A DNA stretch of 64,000 bases from the NCBI RefSeq assembly GCF_009914755.1, contig NC_060937.1; one strand, given 5' to 3'. Below the pieces are notes generated by a model. That model worked only from the letters and a program-made list of their open reading frames with translations, did no database searches and was not told the origin of the DNA. Shown here piece after piece: positions 29,072 through 40,554 of this stretch (its first letter is position 1; every line of letters begins with the position of its first letter). This DNA comes from the human T2T-CHM13v2.0 reference genome, Homo sapiens. The position numbers and the translations under genes were made by a program.

Positions 29072-29287
29072 AGCAGTTTTCAAACATGCTTGATTTTGAT
29101 TAAAAGTTAGAATTACATTTAACATCGTAATCCAATACCCATGCCAATGTGACACATGCACTACTATTATTCTATTTTCTGTTTCATTCTATTCTACTCT
29201 ACTTCATTGAAGAAATGTTATCTATGAGGCACTAACTTGATTTCATAACCTGTTAATAGGCTACGGTGTACAATTCCAATCCCCTGG
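29072..29287 (-). mobile_element. MER112-like hAT-Charlie relic
   Basis: cagttttcaaac...ttacatttaacatcg...ttctattctactct...cactaacttgatttcataacc matches the remembered MER112 consensus in reverse. Confidence 0.55.
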
Positions 29288-29668
29288 AAACTGTTCTCTC
29301 TGTGACTATATACTGCTTATCGATGGTGTAGGGGAAACTCTGGGTTGAAGCAGTCACCTCTAGAACCTCTGGGGGGCCGTGACCGGCAGAGATGCATGCA
29401 CACCGGCTGTTTTGACTACTTCTCTGTGGGTTCCCAGTTGTGCACTGTGACAGGAAGGAAAAGCCAGGAAGGATTTTGCTGCCCCTTTACAGTTGCGAAA
29501 GTGTCTCTGTGCAACCTTTGAAAATGGACAAGGGATAGCTGCCCTCTGGTTAAGGCAACACACACCATGTGCACCTGAGATACACTTGCCTTGATTTTGC
29601 TGCATCCCTGAATGGGAAACATAATCTGCCTACCTTCGACAGTCATGACCACTTACCTAGTCTCTTCC

Positions 29669-30390
29669 ATGGTAGCAGACCCGTTCCTGCCCCAGACACT
29701 GTCTTCACACTAATGTGGAGCCTCAGACACACTGTGCTCCACACTGTGCTGCCACCTTCCTCTGAAAATCCAAATTTTGGTTCATTTGCCTGCAGTTTCC
29801 TTTGCTCTCTACCCCTTACCCCGTGCCTTAGCTAGCTGGATTGACCACTGAAACAGTGGCCCTCTGGTTCTTGCTCTGGTTACCAGCACCTGACCGCAGG
29901 GAGTGTCATGCTTCTTCATGTGCATGCTTGTCCTGAAGGATGAGCGGGCATTGCTTTCTGCTATGATCTGGGAGGCACTGAGTGTGAATACGGGCCACGG
30001 AGGAAACCAGATAGACCAACCCTGTGGACAGCAAGCCTGGGACCATCCACAGGAGCTTTTGCATTGAAGATGGCAGGAACATTATTCATGGCAGCATGTC
30101 TGTGGAGAGTGCAGGGACATGCTGCACTTTGAGCTGCACTTGGAGCTGGGAGCACCTCCAGCTCCAAGAGTTACCCTCTAGATTACAAGGGAAATCCAGA
30201 CATGTTTCAGAGGCCAATCCAGCTGCCTAAGGCACAGGATAAGGGGTAGAGAGCAAAGGAAACTGCTGGAAATTGAACCACACTTTGGGTTTTCAGATGA
30301 AGGTAGCCGCACAGGGTGGAGAGCAGGGCCTGTCTGAGGCTCCACATTAGTGTGAGGATAGTATCGGGGGCAGCCCTTGTCTGCCAACAT
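29669..30390. repeat. Inverted repeat pair A/A' (29669-29855 vs 30203-30390), non-NME1 flank sequence
   Basis: cacactaatgtggagcctcagaca...gcagtttcctttgctctctaccccttac is the reverse complement of taaggggtagagagcaaaggaaactgc...tgtctgaggctccacattagtgtg. Confidence 0.95.
29958..30114 (+). pseudogene. NME1: Inverted partial duplicate of the NME1 retrocopy (NDPK C-terminal segment)
   Basis: Translates [33 protein letters not shown] vs NME1 [33 protein letters not shown]; it is the reverse complement of 30686-30842. Confidence 0.9.
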
Positions 30391-30420
30391 CATTGAACTT
30401 TTGTCATTGTGCCAACATTG

Positions 30421-31110
30421 ATTTCTTACACCTTTTTGTCCCATATTGGGATGAAATATTTTCACCTGATAGTAGCACATGACATTGTACAGGGAGCACT
30501 TCCAGCTCCAAGAGTTCCTCTCTAGATTACAAGGAAGTTGATGGAAATAACTAGATTTGTTAGAGCATGGTCTCCTGCCCATGGAAGGGAGGAGAGTAGA
30601 GTGGGGAAGCATGCTGGCCTGCCCTCTGTCACACATTGCAATCCACCAGTTCCTTGGGGGTGAAAATACAGGCCAGTCCTCTTCTCTGCACTCCCGACAG
30701 ACATGCTACCATACATAATGTTCCTGCCATCTTCAATGCAAAAGCTTTTGTGGATGGTCCCAGGCTTGCTGTCCATAGGGTTGGTCTCCGTGGTTTCCTC
30801 TGTGGCCTGTATTCACATTCAGTGCCTCCCAGATTATAGCAGCCACTGGCCCTGAGTGCCAGTATTGCACAGAATGCATGAGGAGGTCATCAGAAGCCTA
30901 TTTGAATTTGAAACCAACAAGACAAATCCCGTTTGCTTGAAACACTCAATGATCTCCCCAATAAGGCCTCACTGGACCCTGCTGAGCTTGAAGGCAATGA
31001 AGGTGTGCTGACTGTTGGCCATGGTCCCACTAGCTGCTTTGGCATTACCTTTGACTGCCACTACCAGCACTGAAAATGCCCCTGGCCCTACATGCTTTCA
31101 GGCAGTGGCC
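30421..31110 (-). pseudogene. NME1: Processed (intronless) pseudogene of NME1 / nucleoside diphosphate kinase A
   Basis: ATG at 31022 reads MANSQHTFIAFKLSRVQ*GLIGEIIECFKQTGF (NME1: [33 protein letters not shown]). It continues HSGPVAAIIWEALNV and [36 protein letters not shown], with the stop-equivalent TGA at 30629-30631. It carries in-frame stops, frameshifts and deletions. NME1-type 3'UTR (aaatctagttattt; ctcttggagctg..ctccctgtaca) and 5'UTR (aagcagct...accATG) are present and the exon junctions are fused. Candidate TSD is CATTG(TG/CCA)CCAACATTG at 30405-30420 / 31161-31177, so the 5' end may extend to about 31160. Confidence 0.93.
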
Positions 31111-31554
31111 ATCTAGCATCCATGGTGATCCCCACTCACAGCTCCCAAAGAATGAGCAGGCATTGCCACCAACATTGGGAAATCATACAGTCAATACTCA
31201 TTTGTCCTATATTTCTGCCAAGAAGATAACCATGAGCAATCAGTAATACTGTATAGGCCTATCTTAGGATTTCTGTAAGAGCTGTTTCTAGCTTCATTTA
31301 AAAAAGTGTTTTCTCATAGCCAAGTATGTTTTTATATGTTTCTAATGAAGTGTGAGGTGCTCTGATAGCTGTCAACAATGGCAAGGCAGTGTACTTGTTC
31401 TTAGGGAACATTGTTTAAATTGCTGTACAGAGGAATATGCATAGCTTTGAATGTAATTAGGAGGCAATGAACAATAAAGGGGAAAATATTGGGTTAACAC
31501 ACTTAATTTAGAACAAAGACCATCATCATTATTGTCATCATCACAAATATCATC

Positions 31555-34012
31555 TGCTACGCTTTGAATATCCCCTCCAAAACTCAATGTTGAAATTTAG
31601 TTGCCCATGTTATGGTATTGGGAGGTGAGGCTTTCAAGAGGTGATTAGAGCCCTCATGAGTGGGTTAATAATGTTATTGTGCAAGTGGGTTATTGGAAAA
31701 GTGGGTCCCTGCAAAAAGGATGAGTTTGGCCCAGTTTTCTCTCTCAGCCTCATGCTTGTGCTTCCCCCTTTTGCTTTCCACCGTAGGATGACTCTTGCCA
31801 GATGCTGGCACCATGCTCTTGGACTTTCCAGCCTCCAGAACCATGGTCCAAATAAAGTTCTATTTTCTATAAAATTATCCAGTCTGTTATATTCTCTTAT
31901 AGCAGCAGAACATGGACTAAGACAAAACATTGGTGCTGAGAGGTGGGCTTATTGCTGTAGCAAATACCTAAAAATGTGAAAGTGGCCTTGGCAATGGTTA
32001 ATGAATAGAGGCTAGAAGAATTTGGAGGTGCAGGCTAGACAAGCCTAAATTGCTGTAAATGGAGCATTAAGGGTAATTCTGGTGAGGGCTCAGGAGAAGA
32101 GGAGACCTGTAGGGAAAGTATAAATCTTAGAGATTACTTAAGTGGTTGTGACTAGAATGTTGGTAGAAATATAAACAGTAAAGGCCATTCTGATGAGGTC
32201 TCATGGAAATGAGGAACAAAGTATTAGAAACTGGAATAAAGGCCATCCTTGTTATAAGGTGACAAATAACTTGGATGAATTCTGTCCATGCCTGTGGGTT
32301 TTATGGAAGGCAGAATGTAGGAGCAATAAAGTAGGCTATCTGGTGGAAGACATTTCTAAGCAAAATATTAAAGAAGCTGAGTGGCTATATTCAACCCATA
32401 CAGTAAGATGCAAAAGGCAAGAAATGACTTAAAGAAGCAATTTATAACTTAAAAAGAAGCAGAACAGGAATATTTTGAAAATGTTCATCCTGTCATGTAA
32501 AGAATGAAAAAGCATGTTCAGAAGAGCAAACCAAGGATATGGCCAAGTGACCCTTTGCTAAGGAGATTAGTATAGATAGAAAGGATCTCAAGACAATGGG
32601 AGAGTGTTCCCAGACACATTTCAGAGCGCTTTGGGACTGCACCCCCATCACGGGCCCAGAGCTCTATAGGGGCAGAATGGTTTTGGGGAACAAGCTGGTT
32701 TTGGCATGAGCTTGTTTCCCAGAGCCCCCTAGGGTCTCTGCTCCCTGCATTCTGTCACAGTTCTCCTTGATCATCCCAGTTATGGCTCAAGTGGGTCCAG
32801 GTGCTGCTTGACCCACCAACCTGTAAGGTGTAAGCCATAAACCTTGGCAGTATCTATGTTGCTGACTCTGGAGATGGGCAGAACGCAAGGACTATGGGAC
32901 CAAGGCAGCCTCCAGCTAAATTTCAGAAGATGTGGTCAACAGCTTGGAGACCCAGTCAGAGACACCACAGGGTTGGAGCCACAGCAGCGAGCTCCTGCCC
33001 CTACTTTGGCAATCCTGAGTAGTAGTTGGGGTTGGAACTACCACAGAGTTACTATTAGGGCTACCACAGAGTTACTAGTGGGGCTGTGGAAGTGGGGCTG
33101 CCCTCGAACCCCCAGAACTACAGAGCTACTAGCATGCAGCTTCAGCCTGGAAGAGCTGCCTGGCGTAAAACTAACCGTGAGAGCTACTGGGTGGACTGAG
33201 TCCAGCAAAGCCTTAGGAGAGGGACTGCTTAAGGTCTTGGGCCCAACTCCCACCCCAGCGTGCCAAGGATGTGGGAAATAAGGTCAAAAGAGCTTATTTT
33301 GGAGCTTTAAGTCTTGGGGTTGTTTTCCTTGTTGGGTTTTACACTTAATTGGAACGAGTTACCCCTTTCTTTTTGCCCTTTTCTCCCATTTGGAATGAGA
33401 ATGTCTATTCTATACCCATCTCACCTTTATATTTTGGAAATAGATAACTCGTTTTGATTTTATAGGCTCATACCTAGAGAGGAGTTTGCCTCGGGATGAA
33501 CCATGCCTTGAGTCTCACCCATTCCTGATTTAGATGAGGCTCTAGACTTTAGACTTTTAAAATAATACTGGAAAAAGATAAGAACTTTGAGGTTATTGGG
33601 ATGGAATGAAGGTATTTTGTATATGAGAAGAACATAAGTTTTGGGGGAGCTGGGGAGGAATGCTCTGGTTTGAATGTCTTCTTGAAAACTGATGTTAAAA
33701 CATAATTGTCAATGCAACAGTGTTGGGAGGTGGGGCCTTTAAGAGCTGATTAGGTCATGAGGGCTCTGTTCTCATGAATGGATTAATGCCAATTTTTTGA
33801 GAGTGGGCATCTAATAAAAGGATGAGTTTGGCTGTCTTTTTCTCTCTGTCTTGAGGATATTTCCCTCTTCTGTCTTCCACTGTGGAGTGACCCTCGCCAG
33901 ATGTCAGCAACATGCTGTAGAATTTTCAGCTTCCAGAAATGTGAGCCAAGCAAACTTATAAATTAGTCAGTCTGTGCTATTTTTTTATAGCAGCAGAAAA
34001 AGGACTAAGACA
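31555..34012 (+). mobile_element. Complete MST (MSTC-like) ERVL-MaLR provirus: 5' LTR 31555-31924, internal 31925-33660, 3' LTR 33661-34012
   Basis: Two related LTRs, both TGCT..TTTGAAT...GGACTAAGACA; MST-int-like interior with a polypurine tract before the 3' LTR; perfect 5-bp TSD TCATC at 31550-31554 and 34013-34017. Confidence 0.92.
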
Positions 34013-34185
34013 TCATCATCTTCAAGAACTTATATTGATCATCTCTCTGTTATAGAAATTTGGCCCATTCTAAGATGATGATTTTGAATGCTTGTGATTG
34101 TTGCCAAGAAGTCTGTCCATAAATAAAACTCACAAATTTACACTGGCTCATTTTAAGTTTTCAAGATATCCAACTCATCACCAGT

Positions 34186-34186
34186 T

Positions 34187-34232
<46 letters not shown>

Positions 34233-34298
34233 TTCCTTCCTTTCTCTCTCTTTCTTTCTCTTTCTTCTTTCTGTCTCTTCCTTTCCTTTCCTTTCCTT
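34186..34298. repeat. (CT)19 microsatellite (34192-34229) plus a CT-rich tract
   Basis: Direct reading of the sequence. Confidence 0.95.
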
Positions 34299-35704
34299 GC
34301 AAATGCCAAACTCAAGCACAATTTTTTTTATTAATTAAAACAATAATTCACATGTTGGTTTTATGTCAGACTTGTGGCATTTTCTTCCCTGATGTATATT
34401 CGTAGTGCACCAGGATCCCCTTACGGTCAATGGGGTGATGAGCAAGGTGCCTAGGAGCACTGCCTCATTCTGCTTCTGCTCCCTTTGGGCAGCCTTCTCT
34501 TCTGGAAAACTTTGCTAACATAATGTTTGCCCAGGAGCACAGCTGCTGATGCTGCCTACACATGTAGCAAAGATAGTAGCTCAGATCTAGCCCAGGGTAA
34601 AAGGTGAAATGTTTGTCAATCAGGACAGCATCAATCTCCAACCAGTCGGTAAAAAGACACAAGTCAGAGTGCTGGGGCAAGCCTCATGAGGGCCCCCTGC
34701 TGGGGCCCTGGGATTCCCAGAAGAGTGGCTTGGCAGCAAGGGTGATAGGCGGGCACTCTGTGATTTAGGGTCAGTGGCTACTTCCCAGCCAGCACGGAAG
34801 TGCTGCAATATCTTAACACCTGGTACAGCCATCCCAGTGCCTACTGGCTGAATGGATGATACTGGATGATCGCATTGCAATCACTGCTTCACTTCTGACG
34901 TCAATTCAGGCAGGGTTATTTTTCATCCCTAGGAATGCTAAATGCTAAACACCACTGCTGCGAGGTATGCTGATTTGGGGATTAGTTTTTAGGTTTCCTC
35001 CCAAATGACGTGGACTGATATGGCTTTTATTTTTCTGAGGTTCACCCAGACTTAAGTGGGAAGAATGGACAACCAAAGAAAACATCTGAATCTCTGAAAT
35101 ACCATCTGACAATTGTCTCACTAATGTAATATTGATTCTAGGTAACAACAAATCCAAGTTATCCTCTATTTTTTAAAGTCTTGGTTATCTCATTATTGCA
35201 ATGAGGTTATGACTGATCCTTCTGTCCAGAATGTTTTTGGTGAACTGCCATCTTATTTTACCAAAATGACTAATTCCTTTTGAAGGAGAAGTAACAAAAG
35301 ATAGAGATGATTCTTTTGAGTGAGCCCTGTGTATGACTCGGTACTTAGTTGTGGAGGCTGTAGGGAGTGGCCTGGTAGTGCAGGCCTGGTGCAGGCTCAA
35401 CCATGGGTGACAATAGCCCTGCTAGCTCTGCTAACTTTTCCTCGTTAGCCTTCCTGCAGCTACAGCACCAACAGGGCTCTCCGGCAGCAGTTGTGGAGAC
35501 TTTCTGGCCTGACTTCTGTCTCCTGGCCGCTTGGCTTGGAGAGTAGCCATCATGGATTCTGCGTTTACTTACAACGTGCACTACAAGTTTGCGCAGCTAA
35601 ACGTCTGAAGAAAATCCCCAGATAGAGCCTTTAGTGCTAGCAACTGAATTGGATCTCCAATATCAAGATAGGAGCATTTTGAGTCTAATGTGAGAGATAC
35701 TTAG

Positions 35705-36157
<453 letters not shown>

Positions 36158-36204
36158 ACCTTTGGTTTTTTAAAACAGGTTCTTATTTCTTTGCTGAATA
36201 ATTT

Positions 36205-36350
36205 CACTTTTAACTTCTCATGATGAAGAATTTCCAAGTGTTACAAAATGAGAGAGAATATAGACTAATGGACCTCCTGTGTACCGACACCCAGCTTTAT
36301 CAATAATGTACACATGGCCCATCTCCTTGCACATAATCCCTACTCAGACA
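36205..36350 (-). mobile_element. Old L1 (L1MC/ME-like) 3' end
   Basis: acaaaatgagagagaatatagactaatggacctcctgtgtaccgacacccagctttatcaataatg pattern. Confidence 0.5.
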
Positions 36351-36548
36351 AATACCTCTAATACTGACTTTTTTTTGGAAGAGCCGATTGTGTTTAACAG
36401 TGATTTGGTAGAGTGAATCCATGGTAGTGCTAATATCAAGGTGCTTCTGTCATTGAGCGTAGTTGTTGTACAAGGGAGGCAGAGAAGGTGTGTGTCAGAG
36501 AAGCACAGAAAGGATGAATGACAGATACATCTAGATGGGAGCTGTTTT

Positions 36549-36639
36549 TTGTTTTTTGTTTTTTGTTTTTTTTTGAGACTGAGTCTCGCGCTGTCACCCA
36601 GGCTGGAGTGCTGTGGCGCGATCTCGGCTCACTGCAAGC
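36549..36639 (-). mobile_element. 5'-truncated AluY
   Basis: GAGACTGAGTCTCGCGCTGTCACCCAGGCTGGAGTGCTGTGGCGCGATCTCGGCTCACTGCAAGC; TSD ATGGGA(G/A)CTGTTTT at 36535-36548 / 36641-36654. Confidence 0.9.
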
Positions 36640-37544
36640 AATGGGAACTGTTTTAGAACAACAACTTCCAAATAGTGTCATTGAGTTGAGTAAGAACTTG
36701 AGGGAAAAAAGATGGAGGAATGCAGCTGGCTCTGGGGAAAATAAAATACTACCTGGGACAGAAAAAGAGAAAACTTGGGGAATAGCACGAACCGGAAGAG
36801 GACAGAATTACAAAGGCACACACAGTCACAAAAGTGTGCACATGTCTAAATGTAAATCCGGACAGCCCACTGCAAACCAGCAGGTAGAAATACGTTTTCT
36901 GAGAGCAATGAATGTAAGTCCCAGGGGCTAAAATCTGTAAAGGCCAAGCGTGCGTTTGTGTTTCCTGGAGGCCATTCCCTGTGTGAACAGGGATTAACTG
37001 TTTCCCCCAGCTACTGGTCTCTTTTCTATGTAACATCCTATCAGGTATTCTACTTGAATCTTCTATTTCAGATTTTGTTGGCATGTAATTGTCTTTCAAT
37101 TTAGTTTGAGTGATGTTAATATTCTCAGAAAATCATCTATCTATATCTATATATCTTAACATAGCCTGCTGCATTCTCTTGGGCAATTTTACTATATCTT
37201 CAGGATGTGTCTTTTTTTTCCCCAAGACAGCACATCCATAATTAATTAAATGAACACTAAAGTCTCATTCATGCCTGTATTCATTCAATAAGTGGCCACT
37301 TAATGTCTATTAAGTGCAAGATACTGGTGGAGGGAAAGACGCCTGTGAGCCATGGTCATCTGAAGAGCATAGAGGCTGCTCAGGGCATAGGCGGCTGCAG
37401 GCAGGGCCATGTGGGAATGGTGGAGCCTCCATCAGTGCTCAGCATGTGCCCCGGCAGCAGGCGGGTGTGTTCAGGGGATCGAGGATGCACACCAAGGGTG
37501 CATCAGAGAAGCAGCGGGTAGCATGATCTTGCCTTCCAGGGTGC

Positions 37545-37686
37545 ACTGAATTCACATTCCAGCTCTGTGGCTTATTGCTCCTGGAAATCTGGGATGAGTT
37601 AACTTCTTTCTACCTTACCTCCTTCATTTAGGATGCTCATAGTTGTATCTACCTCCTACAATTTGTGAGTTGTGAGTGAAAAAGTC
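37545..37686 (+). mobile_element. MIR
   Basis: ttcacattccagctctgtggcttattg...gagttaacttctttc...atagttgtatctacctc. Confidence 0.6.
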
Positions 37687-37756
37687 AAGTGTTGTAAGGA
37701 AATGAGTGTGAAGTGTTGTAAGGAAATGAGTGTGAAGTGTTGTAAGGAAATGAGTG
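37687..37756. repeat. 24-bp minisatellite, 2.9 perfect copies (AAGTGTTGTAAGGAAATGAGTGTG)
   Basis: Direct reading of the sequence. Confidence 0.97.
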
Positions 37757-37947
37757 CCATGATCATTACTCTGCCTTGGCAAAGCGGGACCAGCTTCCGA
37801 TATGGCCAGGAGGAGGACTGGGGCTAGGCCCTGGTAGGGGAGAGCAGGGTGCCTGGGGAGCTCAGGGAAAGGAAAGGTGGGCCCCCATTATGACACCCTG
37901 TTCAGGGTTTGGGGAGTGGCTGGACCGCCTTTTATATAGAGCACCCT

Positions 37948-38646
37948 TGACAGAAGTAACTCCATTTTAGGAAAAGACTCCTTACAGCTCAAAAGGCAGT
38001 CATGCCAACAGGACTGATACTCACCTAATCAGTAGAGGCGACACCCAACCAAAGGAGGGTGTAACCAGAACCTCTCTTTCCTGTCAGCTCTCACCAGAGG
38101 ACTCCAGGGCTATCAGAAGAGCAGGAGCATCATGAGTTTGACGCGGCCATCCTGCTAATTCTGTTTTGCAGTCACTCGTGGTCAGCACCTGCATTTGCCC
38201 CTGAAGTCTCTGCCCAAATCAAAAACTCTTCCTTGCAAAATGTTGGTGACCATCTGGATCAGCTAGGACACTCAGCCTAGGAGAGTGTCACATCGCTTTC
38301 CTTGGACTAGTTCATTAACTCCTTTCCCTACCCTGTTTTCCTCTTAATGTTAAATTTTACTCTTTTTGATGTGAAAGCTTTAACCTATAACATTTCTATA
38401 TTAAGTATACTACTATGTATGGCTTGCAGTATTAACTGACTTGTGGAGTGGCTGGAGCCTGTGTGCCACCAGGTCTGACTGCCTTGTGAATGCTTTGTGA
38501 ATGGCGCTAAGGAGAATCGCCTCCTTGGGAACGCCATGTATCTCCTGGCTTTTATGATTGAAATAGCATCCATAAAAGTCTGACCTTGTGGAAAGACACG
38601 AACGTGTGTGGACCTGGTTATGTTTGACCTTGCGCCACTCATGACA
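37948..38646 (+). mobile_element. ERV1-type solo LTR (MER72-like)
   Basis: TG...CA termini, about 700 bp; starts AACTCCATTTTAGGAAAAGACTCC and ends GGACCTGGTTATGTTTGACCTTGCGCCACTCATGACA; the family name is from memory. Confidence 0.7.
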
Positions 38647-39954
38647 CATCCGGAAAAGAGAGCTAAGTCAGCTGAGTGGGGAAAGGCAATTTAAGAAGGA
38701 GAACACAGGTTGGAATGCATCTGGCAAGAGATGATGAGTGGGTCAGCCAGTGGATGGAGCCCCAAAGGAGGCAGCGGGAAGTGGCCCTGGCCTGCAGGGT
38801 TCAGGCGTCTGTTGCTTTGGGAACAGTGATGCTTTGATCCACTGCCTTTGAATCCTGGAGTTTTAGGAGAAGTCCTTGATAGTCACCAGCTTTCCCTTTA
38901 ACAGCTTGAAAGTTGGAAAGGTGAGGTGCTGAGCCCAGGTCCACACAGCTGGTTCTGAGGAGCAGGCCAGTACTTGAGCTCAGTTTCGTGCATTCCTAGT
39001 CCCTTTGCCTTTCTTGCTTTTGCTGCCCGCCTTGTCAGGAGAATGAAAGAATCAATATGCGTGGAGTGCCCACCCTGTGCAAAGCAACAGCCTGTTCCCT
39101 TTAGACGAAGAAGGCAAGAATCCAGGCCAAGGGGTAAGCTGCTTCAGTGCTGTCATTCTACACGGTGACCAAGGTTGTTATTTTATATTCAACCTTCTTG
39201 TAAGGTCAGGGAATGACAACACATTATTCATCCTTTGATGTTTGCTAAGCAAATATAAAGTTTGTAAGTTGGCGTGAACCCAGTGTTGGTTTGAGAACTC
39301 TCAAATTGCAGCTTGCAGAGTTGTGGGTGAGGGTAAGAGATACAGAGATGTGATAAGGAAGGAGCATAGCAGATCTATGCAAAACTAACCATTTGTAAAT
39401 TGCATGGAAAATTGTGTTTTTGCACTGTTGTGTTTTCCCTACTGCCTTTCATTGCATTTGTAAATGGGGTGCAGATTTAAGCCCCCAGTATTTGGCAGTC
39501 TTTAAAGATAGTCTGTTTTTGGTTTCGAAGAACTTCAGAACTGTGCTTCTTAACTTTATTAGGAAGACTATGCACATTTATGCTTTGAAGAAAATGAACG
39601 CGGATTAAAGATTAAGGAATTTGTGAAAATGGGAAGTCAGGGAATTTGCTCAGTTAGGACTGATGGAGAGGCTGAGTGACCTTAACATCAAAAGGAATGT
39701 CTCTATGTGATACTGTTTCCTGTCTGTTTCTGGGAGAGCATTTCAGTCACATTTTATCAAAGGCTTAATCTGCTGATTTTTGGTGAGTTTGTATGTTTTT
39801 TTCTTTCTTTTTTCTTTTTACTTCATAATAAAATTTTGAATTGACCTAAATCTGATAATTTATTCAAAATAAAGCCAAGGAGCTATTTTGCCTGAGGACA
39901 CAGAGCTTGAAGGGGACAAGTGAACAGAGTGAGGAGAAAGGGCTTCTTTTCTTA

Positions 39955-40045
39955 GATTTGCTGTGACTCAGCCGAGATCCTGAGTGAATGACTCAATTTC
40001 TCTTTACTTTAGTTTCTCCATTTGTAAAACAATTTTAATAATACT
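39955..40045 (+). mobile_element. MIR core fragment
   Basis: gaatgactcaatttctctttactttagtttctccatttgtaaaac. Confidence 0.55.
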
Positions 40046-40554
40046 CGGGATTGCTGCCTGTGAAATAACTTTATCCCCTCAGAAGAAATGAGCTATCAAA
40101 ATACAATATGTGATTAGGCAATCTGTAGCTTTTGATTGTGTACTAAGGGGCCAAGTTTAGCAATATTTTTTTGGCCAGTGTTCTGAAGGAAATAGTTTGA
40201 TTTTCACAATCAGTTGGGCTTACCAGCAAATAATGATCACAAAAGCTATGTGTCTGAGTAAAATACAAGTTATTTTCTAGCATGCTGGCTCCCACTGTTC
40301 CAGGCAGCTAAATATGTAGATGGTTGTTCAGCTTCACTGTTATTTTTTTGGTCTTGTCTCATCAGATACGCATTCCAAGAAATTAAGATTTGTTTCACCA
40401 TTAAACTGACATTCTCAACTGCACTCCAATCAACTGGATAAAAGCAGAGAACCCATCAGAAGCTGTTTCTGGTTGACTATCACCTTTCAAAGAATATGTA
40501 TTGGGAGAGAGCCTTCATACTTCTCAATTAGTGATTGTTAGAAATCACTAATGA

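Noticed and set aside
29650-29681. Possible extra inverted match to NME1 3'UTR at 30569-30602
   Set aside because: Short and degenerate, and it overlaps the start of block A, which explains most of it; at most a junction microhomology.
30024-30776. NME1-like ORFs as functional NDP kinases
   Set aside because: They lack the N-terminal 60% in frame, have upstream stops and frameshifts, drift out of homology, and the main copy has lost the catalytic His.
29669-30842. Long inverted repeats as TIRs of a DNA transposon or MITE
   Set aside because: One pair is NME1 coding sequence, the pairs are interleaved rather than terminal, and there is no TSD or transposase.
34896-34903. Perfect CRE palindrome TGACGTCA and scattered AP-1 sites
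   Set aside because: Isolated 7-8-mers are expected by chance in 64 kb.
37687-37756. CRISPR-like 24-bp direct repeats
   Set aside because: Repeats are head-to-tail with no spacers, in eukaryotic DNA with no cas genes.
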